Assembly: GCF_040938485.1 (NCBI RefSeq)
Contig: NW_027271579.1
Coordinates: 558,001 to 622,000, forward strand
Source: Diadema antillarum
Lineage: Eukaryota
Reading direction: 5' to 3'
DNA: 64,000 nucleotides
Part shown: in pieces, positions 12,133 to 59,951 of the stretch
Layout of the letters: every line of letters starts with the position of its first letter
Numbering within the stretch: position 1 is the first letter of the stretch
Notes under the pieces: model-generated
The model's input: only the letters and a program-made list of their open reading frames with translations
Databases searched by the model: none
What the model was told of the DNA's origin: nothing
Program-made: the position numbers and the translations under genes

Positions 12133-13912
12133 AATCTTTCACTCAAGCTTGCACCAGTTAATGGCAGTTATCGAGAGGAAATAACGATGCTTCCACAGCG
12201 CAGCGCAACCTTTTGGATCAACGCGCTTCCCGCTTCTAAGTAACAACCTCGGTTCCAGGTTTTCATGCGTGCAATCATAACAGATTTTCGCCCTGACTTT
12301 CTATCAGCCACGTACACATTATGACTGTTTGGTCTGTAGGGATCAAAATTTTCTACTGTTTAGAAGGAAATCTTTCATCCTAGAGATCCTTCCATGTTTC
12401 TTGTGGATGCATTGAAAATAAATTGCTCCAAGCAATGGCAATAAAGCATATCATTTTTATATATTTAATACCCAACAACTTAAAAAAAAATTAACTCTGT
12501 TTGATATGACTGGAGGTACTATACAGAAATTTCTGTCTTGATGAGAAATACGATTATCCTTGCAACACACCTTCAGTATATTAAGATGATTGGACTATAC
12601 GAACGTTACATGATCAGACACGAAGGAATCATAGAGTCCACTTTTCATGTAACCTCCTCCCCCCAAAAAAGTACCTTAATGTTTTGTTTTGTTTTGTTTT
12701 TTCATTTTCCAGTTAGCTGTATTCAGGCAGCACAATAGAAATGCCTTAACAGCCTTGGTCTCGTCCTTTGTCGTGAAGGCTGGGTAACGTGACCTCGTGA
12801 TGACCCAACCCGTAACAACCCAAACCCTGATGGACATCTAAAAATTTTTCATTTCACTTTGTATATATACAGACTCCAATACACAATTTATCGCTTATGA
12901 TAAAGTGAACATCTCTTTTATACTGTGACTGGTATAATAAGCAAATAGATGGGTTTACCAGCTATACCTAAGAGATCACAAACAATATGTTTCTTTATTC
13001 GGTCAGACCTCTAGCAAACAATCTGTGTAGGTTGAAAGATTGTGGCGTTCCCCAAGGCAGTCTACTGTGGTCTCTGTTGTTCATTACGTACATAATGACA
13101 TAAATATGCCCCCAATGTTTTAGCTTTTCAGACAACTAAATCATTGTTTTTGTTTTGTTTTGTGTGTTTTTTTTTTGCATCCGAGATCCTCACACCTTTG
13201 TGGATGCCCTAGATTTATAACTTAAAGAACATCTCCACTGAATGAGGTCAACGTCATAAGTTCGACACCCACCAGTCGTACAGCCCATCCACGAGTCATA
13301 CAGCCTATGACACTAGACAAATAATAACAAAAAACAAATTCCAATGAATATTCTGCATAGGCTACTCTATTCTATTCCCTTTTGTATATTTGCATGTTTG
13401 TATATTTGGAGACTGTTAAGATGATATTTATGCCTGAGAGCATAACAATTTAATTACCGTATTTGAATCTTGAATCTACTCGTATTTTATCTTATTCATT
13501 CATTTATTTGTTTATTACACGTGTGTCCCCTGTATACTCGTGTTTTAGCTTATCTATTTATTCGTTAATTTATTTATTACACGTGTGTCTCCCTGTATAC
13601 TCGTGTTTTAGCTAATCTATTTATTCGTTAATTTATTCATTACACGTGTGTCTCACTGATCTCTTCTCTCCAGATAGAGAGGATGGGTTTGTCTGTGGAA
13701 GTGAGTGACTAGCAAAGCAGTGGGAGGTGGGACAGAGCTTCCCACCTTACACCTGTACCATACTAGTACCTCCTGCTGGTGCTCTGGCAGTACCAAGGAG
13801 GTACTAGGCAAGCTTGCCTAGTACTTTTAGTACCTCCTTGGCAGTACTTAGTGGAGAGAACATATCGCAGTTGATTTTACACACAAACAGATCCAAACAA
13901 TTTAGAGCGACA
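12133..13912. promoter_or_regulatory. Divergent (head-to-head) promoter region between the chromodomain-TM gene and TMEM67
   Basis: The start codons at 12132 (-) and 13913 (+) are 1.8 kb apart. There is a local CpG-rich patch with an E2F-like TTCCCGC at 12227-12233. Confidence 0.6.
13512..13655. repeat. Tandem repeat, about 62-bp unit x2.3, each unit containing CACGTG
   Basis: ttattacacgtgtgtc unit starts at 13512, 13574 and 13637. Confidence 0.85.
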
Positions 13913-48474
<34,562 letters not shown>

Positions 48475-48558
48475 TTTCTGTTGGAATTTCAATCTTTTGT
48501 ATTTTGAGACTACCTTACCCTGCATTGTGCTCTGTGAAATCAGGCTTCTTGCCACAGC

Positions 48559-48726
48559 AAAATGTGCAGCCCAGGCCACAGGGTGACTGCAAGCCAAGCA
48601 AGCAATCAATTTATTTTAATGATTGTATTCATGTACTTAAAGTGAAAATGTGCAGCCCAGGCCACAGGGTGTCTGCAAGTCAAGCAATCAACTTTCGTAA
48701 TGATTGTATTCATGTACTTAAAAGTG
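48559..48726. repeat. Tandem duplication (about 86 bp x2) in the TMEM67 3' UTR
   Basis: aaaatgtgcagcccaggccacagggtg...gattgtattcatgtacttaaa at 48559 and 48645. Confidence 0.9.
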
Positions 48727-48995
48727 AATTCACCTTGATTGTGTACAGACTTAAAAATTATGCCTTTGTTTGAATTGTACATATGTTATGTAATCTATTG
48801 GACAGAAGCTGGAGGAAGTTCTCTTTGTTGTTGGTGTGTTGTTGTTCTTGCTGTTTTGTTGTTCTTGTTGTTTCATGTTTGTCAGTTCATAATTGAATGA
48901 TGCATTGTGTGTTATTTGTGTTGATTTCCACCAAGAATAGGATGTGTGCCAGCCATCATGGTCATCTATGATTATTAAAATCCTGCAATCAGCTA

Positions 48996-49204
48996 CTGTA
49001 AATGTGGAAATTTTTGCGGTGTTGACGATTTTGCGCATTTTGCGCAACCCAAAGCTAGTGCAAAAATAGAAGTACACGAATATTTTTGCTCGCCATATGT
49101 TCCAGTAGTTGATGTCTTGATTCCGTGGAATTAAAAACATGCAAAACTCTTCTTACCCCGCCAATCGCGAAAAATTAGTCGCGCGAAAATATCCACTTTT
49201 ACAG
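48996..49204. mobile_element. TA-TSD MITE, same subfamily as 43864-44057
   Basis: ta|ctgtaaatgtggaaattttt ... aaaatatccacttttacag|ta; shares the internal gatgtcttgattccgtggaattaaaa. Confidence 0.88.
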
Positions 49205-49948
49205 TAAATGAGAAAAATATTGTAATTCAAGTTGGGTGCTCTAACACTTTGTAAGAGCAAGTGTCCTTGTCACATTCTTCCATAAATCTTTGCCACTTAC
49301 CTAAATGTGACAACAAATGCACGTAGATAATGCACATAGAAATGTACAGCTGATAATCCTGTGTGTTTATTGACATGAAAGATATGAGTTTGTCTAGAAT
49401 GAGACATCTGCTGCCAATTCAAGCAGCATACATTGTAGACTGATGTAACTGTGATTATAATGACTCTCAAGATTCATGAAATTTTGTTAGTTTGTAGTCT
49501 AGCTTTTACTGGATATGGGCCAACATAATCATGATAATGCAAATTGTGCAGCATCAGAACCTAGCAGTTGTTGCTTGTGGCTACTTCAACTACTGTCATA
49601 CCTGCCAACTTTTGATGAAGAAGATTAGGGATCCATTGCACAAATGTTACCTTTGATTACACAGTACCCTCGTACATGCGTGGGATGGGTTTGGGAGAGG
49701 AGTGTCGCCTCTCCCATGATAGGGACTTTTTTTTTTTTGTGGAGAGGTTAGGAGGGGCCATTCTCTGCATGTTTTCTTTTCATATTCTGTCACACACAAA
49801 CAAGCAAAACCAGCTAAGCGATTGTATAGGTGAACATTTAAAACAAAAGCCTTCTGACCTCAGCAGCTAGCAGTTCTATAGCTGGCTGCTAGAGCTAGCC
49901 AAACCTCAGGCAGTAGCACGCTTAGCTTTCTTAAACAATCCACTCGAG

Positions 49949-50146
49949 TTATTCAGAGTGATGGAGTGTGTCTGAAGCAAGTAATTCCATGCATCTGATC
50001 ATGAGGCTACCTAACATGCGAGTGGACAAGGAGGCATGAAATTTAGTTTTGTTTTTATTGACAAGGCTGGATATTCTCTCACAGTCAGCATTGCTGTGAT
50101 ATGTAATGATCAGAATTTTTTCAACTTTGCACAAGGATGGGTACAT
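49949..50146 (-). mobile_element. Decayed hAT transposase C-terminal dimerization region
   Basis: HSNADCERISSLVNKNKTKFHASLS resembles the hATC motif; a possible hAT end catacctgccaac lies at 49597. Confidence 0.7.
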
Positions 50147-50531
50147 GGGCTTGCCATTTGGCAGGTGATGTCAGCTTTTGTTAGAATGCCACACCTGGTC
50201 AATTCTCAAATCAGTTTAAAGAATGAAGAATGTCCAAATATATTTGCAAAACAGTATGATACTTTATCACATCATTTAGAAAGGCAAGATGTTGCAGCTA
50301 TATGTAAAATGTAATAACAGCAGAAAACATAGGAAGCCGTATGAATGGACTAATGGATGGGTAGATGTATGGTCAATCTGAGAAGTTAATGCATCTGGTG
50401 ATATATCATGGGGAAGCATTAAAAAATGTACATGTATAAAACGAAATCAACATATAGCCCTACACACATGGTGTGAGAAGTGTTTCTGTTCTTCTAATCT
50501 ACACCCCTGATGTCACTGTAAATCATAAGTG

Positions 50532-51245
50532 TTACTTCAACTGGAAGAACATGACAGTGCCATCTATTCCACATGTAAATGCCACTTCTACGGGTAGCTC
50601 CAGGTTGGGTAAAATGTCTACAGCCATATTGTGTGGCACTAACAAAGTGTTGCCATCCTCGAGAACAAATAAAGAGGTGAACTTTCCATCTTTATAGCCA
50701 ATAGCAATCAGCCCACTTTTGATTTCTTTCCTCAGTGAACTCCACTTTTTTTGAAAGTTTTGCACAATCTTCCACGACCAGTGCGGAGATGGTGACATCA
50801 CCTTATGCATTTATTGGTCTCTTTGCAGTCTCTTCCCATAGAACTTGTACGTCTTCCTTGGTTTCTTGGCTTCCCAAGGTCAACATCCTCCTCTTGTATG
50901 CTGGAGTTTCCAGTATTAAACTCCCAAACCTCCGAGGTTGTTCCATGTACTGACAGCCTCCTCTTTTTTGGACTCCTCCTAGCCTCCTCAACACTGAGTA
51001 CGTCAGACCTCATATGTTTTTTTTTCCACAGCATCCATGTTGATATCAAAGTTTACTACTTTAGTCAACACCTTTGATTGGTCCGTCAATCGCATCGTTC
51101 CTTAATCTTCTCTCTTTACCACCCCAGTGATGATGGCAAGCTTGTTGACTGATAATGCCTTGAGATGGTTGGCTAGGGCTGGCATTTCTGTGGTGTTGTT
51201 CGCATAGCAGGTGGTCGCTTTGTCTGTCTTTTCTTTAATTATCAT
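50532..51245 (-). pseudogene. Decayed coding sequence of unknown (probably TE or viral) origin
   Basis: Consecutive protein-like segments in shifting frames, interrupted by stops (…KALSVNKLAIITGVVKRED*…; …KEIKSGLIAIGYKDGKFTSLFVLEDG…GIDGTVMFFQLK*). Confidence 0.5.
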
Positions 51246-51566
51246 CGAGACTAGGAAATTCTTTCCTCAAAATTTTCAAGGACCATACATTTCACTGTTG
51301 AGTTTGTGGTTCCAGCTTTAGCCGTGGTTCAAGTGGTGTTTGAAAAATTGTAATTATAATGGAAGTAAAAGAGTTGTGTTGATGTCTGTAAAACAACAGG
51401 TAGCAAAAGCTTGGTCTTTGGAAGACTCTCAGTTACACTCATCTTTCAAATAGAAATTATAATGTTGGGTTAAACAGAAAAACTTTATGCCTCTCAGTTA
51501 GGTTAAAATTATAGACCTGTAAAGTTTGGTCTTATTTGGATTGGTCTCTTCTTTTATCAGATACCT

Positions 51567-51859
51567 NNNNNNNNNNNNNNNNNNNNNNNNNNNNNNNNNN
51601 NNNNNNNNNNNNNNNNNNNNNNNNNNNNNNNNNNNNNNNNNNNNNNNNNNNNNNNNNNNNNNNNNNNNNNNNNNNNNNNNNNNNNNNNNNNNNNNNNNNN
51701 NNNNNNNNNNNNNNNNNNNNNNNNNNNNNNNNNNNNNNNNNNNNNNNNNNNNNNNNNNNNNNNNNNNNNNNNNNNNNNNNNNNNNNNNNNNNNNNNNNNN
51801 NNNNNNNNNNNNNNNNNNNNNNNNNNNNNNNNNNNNNNNNNNNNNNNNNNNNNNNNNNN
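51567..51859. other. Assembly gap (293 N)
   Basis: Run of N. Confidence 1.
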
Positions 51860-52641
51860 AGAAAATAGAATAACACTAGGACAATGCAATACCAAAATTA
51901 CAGGCACAAAAGAAGAAGAAAAAACAGTACATGTGATTCAGTGATACAATAATCAATAACTGACTGTGTGCTCCTCCAGAAAAAAAAAAAATTATAACTG
52001 ATTAAACTGATGAATTTTGAGAAGGATTTTGAGAAGCATTAGGACTAACCTTATGAAATTTTGCCAATAAGCGAGAAGTACGGGCAATCTGAACGCAGTT
52101 TCAACTGTGAATAGTACAATATCAAACTTATCTTGTTAGGAACATGTCACAAAATATTCATAACAAATCTAAGTACAGCTCCTGATGCTTTGATTTAGAC
52201 AGGGATAGTATGTTTGTCTAATTTGTAATATAGCAAATCCTACCAAATCAGACAGGAAGTTTGAAATATTGTGTATAAACCTGTCTTTGTATGGAATTTA
52301 TGCTCGGGCATGCACTAGTTGTAACATTACCAGTCAACCAATGGAATGGTCAGGTCAGAACCAGTCAACTTTGCTGTAGTTTGCGGGGTCTTGAAAAGCC
52401 CCATCTAGCTCTCCCTGACCTCTTTATATGTTTTTACAGAGAATCCGATAGACCTGAAATTTTGTAAACCTGGAATTAAATACTGCGCTAACGCAGACCC
52501 TGCTTGTTTCCACAAAAAGCGTGTAATCGGTTAGTATCCGATTCTGCACCTGTATGTACTTGTGACCAGACGTCTGGAAAGTTGGCTTAGTGCATTGTGG
52601 GTAAATAGACATCCATCATGGCGGCTGGTTTGATTAGCTAG

Positions 52642-53049
52642 TTAATGCACTAGATTTGCTTTCATCTCTTCCCGACGATCGGCAGCAGCATCAACTAAGC
52701 ATGGCGGTTGTGTGAGATGACGATCTCCCAGGAATTGATGAAGTTCAAAATACTGTGGGCATGCCCTAAGGAGAGTATCTTTTCCAGCCCCTGATCGGTT
52801 TCTCTTTTCTGCCTCGTAATATTTACTTTTCAGTGATTTCATTTTATTGATGACAGATCCTTTCACGATTTTGAATGCTTTATTGCCCAGTTCGGCTGGA
52901 AAGTTCTCAAGCATTCCGTTTGTGATTTTGTCGTGAGCAAATGCGTTCCTTTTCATCTGGCCATCTAAGATTTTTTTAATCACCATTTCCCCCCATACTT
53001 TGATTAGGTGTACCATGTCATTAGTCAAGTGAATCTAAACATCTGCCAT
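52642..53049 (-). pseudogene. Myb/SANT-like (trihelix, MSANTD-type) DNA-binding ORF, as in PIF/Harbinger ORF1; in-frame stop after MADV
   Basis: LIKVWGE..I..ILDG..RN...KMKSLKSKY...NRSGAG...PQYFELHQFLGDR..TQPPCLVD. The ATG at 53049 is followed in frame by TAG at codon 5. Confidence 0.75.
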
Positions 53050-56000
53050 TTTGAGAACCGCAGATGAAATTCAACGCACTTCTAACTGAGGGGGTTGGTG
53101 CAATATACTAGTATAGCTAACCCACACAATAGTCATTTTGAAATAAATGCTTTTGAAAGTTTAAAAAAATCCATTAAATCAGGTTAGTGACTCGAGAAGG
53201 CCAATTGTTTGTAACACGAACCTTTACATACTCAAGATTGAATAGTTTCTTGTAGAAATGTACTAATTAATATTTTGGTGGATTAAAGAGGATATTTAAA
53301 ATCACATTTCAAATATGTGGCTGAGCACTTTATTGCAGCCAAATCCATTATATACAAATATTCTTTATTCTGTGAAAACTCACAAAATATCAATGCCTCT
53401 TTGCTTAAAATGGAAAAGTAATGTAAGATTTTGGTTTCCCTCCTTTGTGAAGTGAAATTAAAACAATATATACTTTTTTCTACCTGTCTCTAATGTGTAA
53501 TCTGTGGGAACTTATGAAGACATACATTGTACTTTGCATATATTTCAAACAAGCACAGAATCAATCATACCCTTAAAGACATCTTGAAATACAGAGATTT
53601 TGATTCAACAATTCAAGTTTTAAAAAGACAAAGCATTCACTGTCATAATAGTCACATACAGAATCGTAATTTTGTCATGGGGGGGGGGGGGGGTGTTATG
53701 TCTCATCGGGGACTGTACATCTTCCGTGTACCTGAAAGCATGGAAAGGGTCCCTCCTTCAGCATCATGCATGTAATGCGCTTTAGCATTAATAGTATCTA
53801 AATCATTAAAAAAAATGAGTAAAAGGGTATCAGTATTATTCCAGAGGTTATGATGTCCTTTGACAAAGGGAGTAAAATACCATTAAGTACACATTAAAGC
53901 CTTGCTAATAGGGTAGATTGTTTTTTGTTTTTGTTTTTTTGTTTCGGGTATCAAAATCACCACTAGTACTCCACAATCCTTTTTTGTATGAGGATGCATT
54001 TAAAGAAAAAAGTGTTGTATGAGGATGATGTGCAGGCCTCAGTGAATACCCCGCCTCCATAATCATTGTTAAATGCAACAGTGTGAAACTATGCAGGAAA
54101 GTTCATATTACAAAATGAATGACTAACTCTTAATTACAAAAATTTCATAAAAAGAACAATTCCAAAATGTGGAATTACAAAAAAAAAAATTAATTTATAA
54201 ATCTCTTTAGAAGTCTGAACACTTATAAATTGCCTATATTTGTATGAACCATACATGCTGGAATACAATGTGCTGAATAAGACCAAAATAGATGGCTGGA
54301 AACTGACAATGTACCTACCCAGTTGGTATGTATCGTACATTTTACCCATATGTATGTTTTCAGACCACACATGGATCATAAAGATCATTTAGAAACAATA
54401 AACTTGTAAATATATCAGAGCCATTACGGTGACAATATCATACATGAGAAACTGATCCGAAAAATCTATGCTTTCAATAGTTTAAACATGAAATCAACCA
54501 AGAATTGGCTAAGGAAGGAGCCGATAGATCAAGTAGGATAGAACTACTGTAAGAAGATTGAAAACCGGTTAAAAGGTATAAATTAACGATCTTATCTGTC
54601 ATGTGGAGCTACTCCTGGTGGGCAAGTACTCGTCATGAGCAGCGGCAGAAGAAAGAGGATGAGATCGCCCGCGCACAGACCTATATAGGGGAGTGTGTGA
54701 GGGGTTTCCCTGTCGTTGCCGGGGCAATGGGAGGTTCAAAGAAAATTTTAGCTACCGGGGGCAATTCTAATCGGCATTAGAATGGCAATTATCATATCGA
54801 TAGGTAAGTACAGCGAAATGAAGGAGATAGTTTCATCAATCACAAAACTCCAAATCAACAAGCATGTGAAAAATAACTCTGAAATTTGTAACAGCAAAGT
54901 CATTTTTCGCTCCAACATGGAAATTTCTTAGTGTATGATAAATGCTCGGGTTAAACTTAAGATTCATGAAGAGGAAAAAGCAAACTGTGTTCAAACATAC
55001 TGCTATCTCTACATATTTACCAATGTGAATGTTTTTAGATCACACTTGGATCAGGAAAAATATTTAGGAGCATATGGTAGATACTATAAACCATCTTAAT
55101 ACATGACAAAATCAAACATGGAAAAAAGAATACACTGACTACTTTCTATACGTTTCGCCATTCATTTGACTCTCACATGATTTCATAGAAGCTTTCCTTT
55201 TGAAGCAATCTTTTGAAACCAAACATGAAAAATAACTCTGAAATTTGTAACAGAATACAGCAAAGTCATTTTTTCTTGTCTAACAATAACATGGAGAGTT
55301 GTTAATAAAAATGCATGAAAAATGCTAAGTTTAAAGGGTTTATTCAGTAGTAGAATAAAGGGTGCTATTGACTCAAAATCAAATTTCAATTTCAAACAAA
55401 AGCAACCACCATCAGAATTGATGCTTTAAATATGCTTTGATTGCTTTCAATATTTAATTGTTTAAATTGAGAAACTGCAGAGGTATCCACAATGTGGAAC
55501 CAGGGAGGTGTTACAGAGATGGAGTGGCAACTCTTCGTAATTCATGCAAACACATGTTTGGGTTCAAGGTGTTACAATGGGATGTCTAGCATTCCTCTAC
55601 GCTTTGAAGTCATGCTCGGCACCACTCGAGTTGCAAGACGAAGTTTAGAGATGAAGAATGCATTTTACCTTTCGTTGAATTACAAGCTTTATTTCACCGT
55701 AAAATTTTAAATGAAATACTGGAATTGATTTAGAATAGTTTAGGAAAGAATTCAATATTATAAACATGTATTTCTAGTTTCTTCGTAATGCGCAAATCGA
55801 AGTGAAATGAAAATTAGGCCCTCTAAAAAACCTAATATCTTTCTATAATGCGCACATTTCCGCATGTTAGTTTTCTATCTTTTAATCTGGGATATTTTGA
55901 TCTTTCAAGTAAAGTACTCCGCTAAAGCGTGTTCCAGCGTGCTTTTAAACTATTTGCTGTTAAAATTGTCAATTTTACACTGCATTATGATTCGCTGCTC

Positions 56001-57309
56001 CAATTCAAGGTAAACAAATTCATTGTTGCCATCACATTGAAAGAGAGAGCGAATTGCAGTAGGTGCAAGTATTTCTAGATGTGAGAGCGCTAGTCGTGAT
56101 TATTGATGCTCTCTTTTGTCAAAGCACATGGGTAATACCTGTAGTTGAACGCATAACTTCTCGGCGTTGCCGCGCATGACTTCAAAGGAGAGCAGTAGTT
56201 GTCTCTCCTTCTCTAGCAACTAGCAACTAGTGGAACTATGAATTTTGTACGACAGCATTATCATCATGTTTTTTTTCTCAGATTTGAAAAATAACCTTTG
56301 AAAGTTTGAATGTATTAATATAAAGGTAACATCCTTTCCAGGATGTCTAACATGTAAGTATATAGTGTCTCTGTCATATAAGAAACTACTTGGAAGCACT
56401 GCTGTATTGACAGAGGTGGGGATTGTCCTGGAAATTTGAAATAAATGAATCAATTTTAAAAATGTTTTTTCAAAATCCATTTTCTACTGTCAACAGCTAA
56501 TCTGAAATATGGTCGTAAAAGCATAGCAGAATTGCATTTTATTCAAAATAGATACAGTTACGAATAGATTAATGGCAATTTCAAATCCCTTCCACTACTG
56601 ATCTAACCTTGTGAAATTCACTATTAAAGAGACATGGCACATGTCCAAATATCCAGCATTTTTTTAAACCCATATGAACGTTTTGTTAACCCATGTGAAC
56701 ATTTTTAGATCACATGTAGATCAGGGGGAAAAAAAAAATCATTTAGAGACAATACAGTTATTACTGTAATAGTTAAGTCATTTCAATGATAAAATCACAC
56801 ATAACAAATGAAGATCTACATTTGCAATATGTTTGACAAATCATTTAACTACTAATTAATTTCAAGGAAGCTTTCCTTCTGAAGCAAAATGTCAGTATGA
56901 GTAAAGTGCCAACCCACTAATGAAACTTTAAGGTGTTGGTGCAGACTATGAATGTTGGTTAATTTTCTTATTGGTCATAAGGCACAATGCTAAAATGCTC
57001 CTAAAACCAATGACTGTTGTATTTCCTGTTGTAGTCTAATGTTCAACAAAAATAAAAAACTGGCAAAAATGTTGTGGTCAATAAACCTAGCATGAAAATA
57101 GTGTGTACCCCAACGTACAAACATTACTTATTAAATGCTTTACATTTCAATAATGCTCATCTCATCTCCACTTTCATAACTTTCAGAAGAGTACGGGCTA
57201 TATGATGAATCAGAATCACTCATTTATTCATTCAATGTCCATAAAAATGAACTTTTAGAAAGTAAAATGCATGTACAATGTATTATTTCTCTTTCGATGT
57301 TCCAGTTCC

Positions 57310-57623
57310 AGTTTAAATCCAGTGTAAATCAAATAAACCATGCATGGATGCTAATATGGCTTCTTCATGTGGCAAGCCAAGTCGTTCTCCATGATGGTAG
57401 TTCTGAAGATTTGTATAGGTGATGCAAGATTTGCACAGCCAAACAACAAATCACTTCCCTCTTACTGATACTTTGAATACCGGTGGAGTGCCATGTGGTC
57501 TGTGGTCAGATCCCAAGCTGCCGATCGCACAGAACTACCGCTTTGCACCTCTTCAGCAGCTCTTTTAAGAACATCTTCTCCGGCATTCCTTCCGCTCTTT
57601 CTTTTTATGTATTTCCATGGCTT
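57310..57623 (-). mobile_element. Decayed pogo/Tigger-type transposase N-terminus (HTH_psq + CENP-B-type HTH)
   Basis: PWKYIKRKSGRNAGEDVLKRAAEEVQSGSSVRSAAWDLTTDHMALHRY...QIFRTTIMENDLACHMKK, with internal stops. Confidence 0.7.
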
Positions 57624-59951
57624 TTTGGTATCTTAGAAAGAAAAAAAAATTAAAATGGCACGACATGTACATCTAAGCATGTAATTCATGTATTATTATC
57701 TTTTATTCCTTGTTGACTTAAATGTTTAAAAAATTTGTACAATAATTCACATTGGGATAAGGGATGAGCCAGGCATAGGGTTAAGCTGAGCCATGGCTCA
57801 ATATGCCCCAATCAAAAGGTTCATCCAACCCAATGCACACTATTTTGAAAACTTCACCCAGGATTCTATTTTACTGTTCAATGTGGCTCAAAGGTTTTTA
57901 CACAAAAACCCATGATAATCAATATCATCAATTCATAAGAAGCAATTTTAATAGATCCAAGATGAGAAGGTATAACCATTCTATGTATATCTACAAAACT
58001 ATGAAATAGCAGAAAACTGTGAAAACTAAGAAAATAATGATAATTTCATAGCCTTCTCCCCCCATGTCACAGAGGCAGTTCCAGCGATGTAGTGTGATGT
58101 ACTTTCCATAGGGTGCAAAACAGCTTTCAATTGTTGTGGTTTCCTAGCAACAAGGGGTAGCTCAACTTACTCACCAGCTCATCCTACCTGACTTCCCCCT
58201 GCTGCTCTTACAAAATACTCAGTACCTGATACAATACAAAGGACATCTTTATAGCCAGTTTCCAACTGTGGCAATATTTAGTCATGGTTCGAACACTGTT
58301 TTTTTACAGCTAATTTTTACCTCTAGTAATATATTTTAATCATATACCACCATAATGCCATGGCAGTTTTGTGGGAATCAAAAGTTTGTTTTCCCCTCCT
58401 GGTATGCATTGGCTTAGATTGCCATTATAGGAAACAATCGGCAGGTGTGTGCATTTTATGCTTTGTCAACAAGACTCCAATAAGTGTTGTGATATTGAAA
58501 AATCAGTAAGGAGGCTGGTACTCTTCACTGGAACAAAGTTGTACCACCAAGTACTTACTTTGAGTAGACATGCCACAATCAAATGTCCTTTTTTGTGTGT
58601 ACCAACATATAATATTTGGCAAGTGTTAAGTGTAACACTTTGGTGATATGTCACCCACCATGTAGATTTCCATTGAGGATGTGTTTTTCCCACATCAAAA
58701 GGGACTTACTTCTTGAATGTACTTATAATATGATGCGATAATTTTTGTTAGTCCAAACGATGATCAGAACAAATCCCATGACCATGTACATTCTTCTCCA
58801 GTGAAGTCTCCAAATGGGGAGAACCTTGATGTGTACTGACAATCGTGTGTTTGTTGCTATTGAGATTAGAGTCAGTGTTTTTTTGTTTAATTAAATCAAA
58901 GAGTGCATCTATATGTGACAACTTGATGAGTGCTGTATTTGTGTTACCTATGTAATCATTCAATGAGACTGGGATTTGAAAGTGCCTCATGACTCAAGGG
59001 AAGAGTACATTTCATTTGAATTTGTTGAATTTTCAGACGACTATGAAAACAAGCAAAACTACAAATGCATCATTCTGTTTCAGTATGATTTATTCATCAG
59101 AATACATGGTGGTAGAGCAGAATGACAAAAAAAAAAAAGAAATGGAAAAGTTTTACATGATATTTATAAAGTACATCATTTACAATGGCAAAACATATCA
59201 GAGTGTATGTACGCACATCACAAAATAATTGCAAGGTATATCTACTGCAATGCTGAATCTACTAATGCTCTGTTGCAATTCTGACTTGTGCGACAAAAAA
59301 TGCCGGGAGGAGCAGAAATATTTGCTTCTCCCCAGCATTCCAACAGGCCTTCATGACAGATCACTGGTGAGAAGGGCAAGAAAATGATACTGCAGTCTTT
59401 CAAAATTCACACAAAATCATACTTGCACAAATTCATATTATAATTGATTGCACAACCAAACATCTATGCTTTTGACCACAGCCTAGTCATCACAGTGGAG
59501 AATTCTCTGCATGTCTGACTTAATTTTTTGAGAACTGGTTGCTATGGAAATATTTACTGATGAACCCATTTCTAGGAGAACTTGCCAGTATTTTCAATTG
59601 TTCTGGCACTGATTTTCTATGGGGTGGGGAAGTGTGAGAAGTTTCCCTTGTTATAGCAACATTCATGGCATCCATTATGACACCACAACACTAGATATAT
59701 TGCTTCCATATTGCACTAGAGGTGGTTGTGGCAAATTGATTTTTGTTCATCTTCCCTCTAAAACTTCCTTCCTCCCATCCACTGGGCAGCCTGGCAGTGA
59801 TTGACTTAAACCCAACATTGAACCCACACATGAACTTTCTGACACGTTGTGAGGTGCTGCACCTAATACACAGTTAAAATATTTGCATACGTAGCCACAA
59901 ACAAATCTCAATCTTAGCCAATGGAATCCAAAATTACTGTCACATTATCAA

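Noticed and set aside
51526-51907. ORFs of 110-116 aa in the supplied track (also 6819-7163 and 28808-29212)
   Set aside because: They are artefacts of translating through N gaps.
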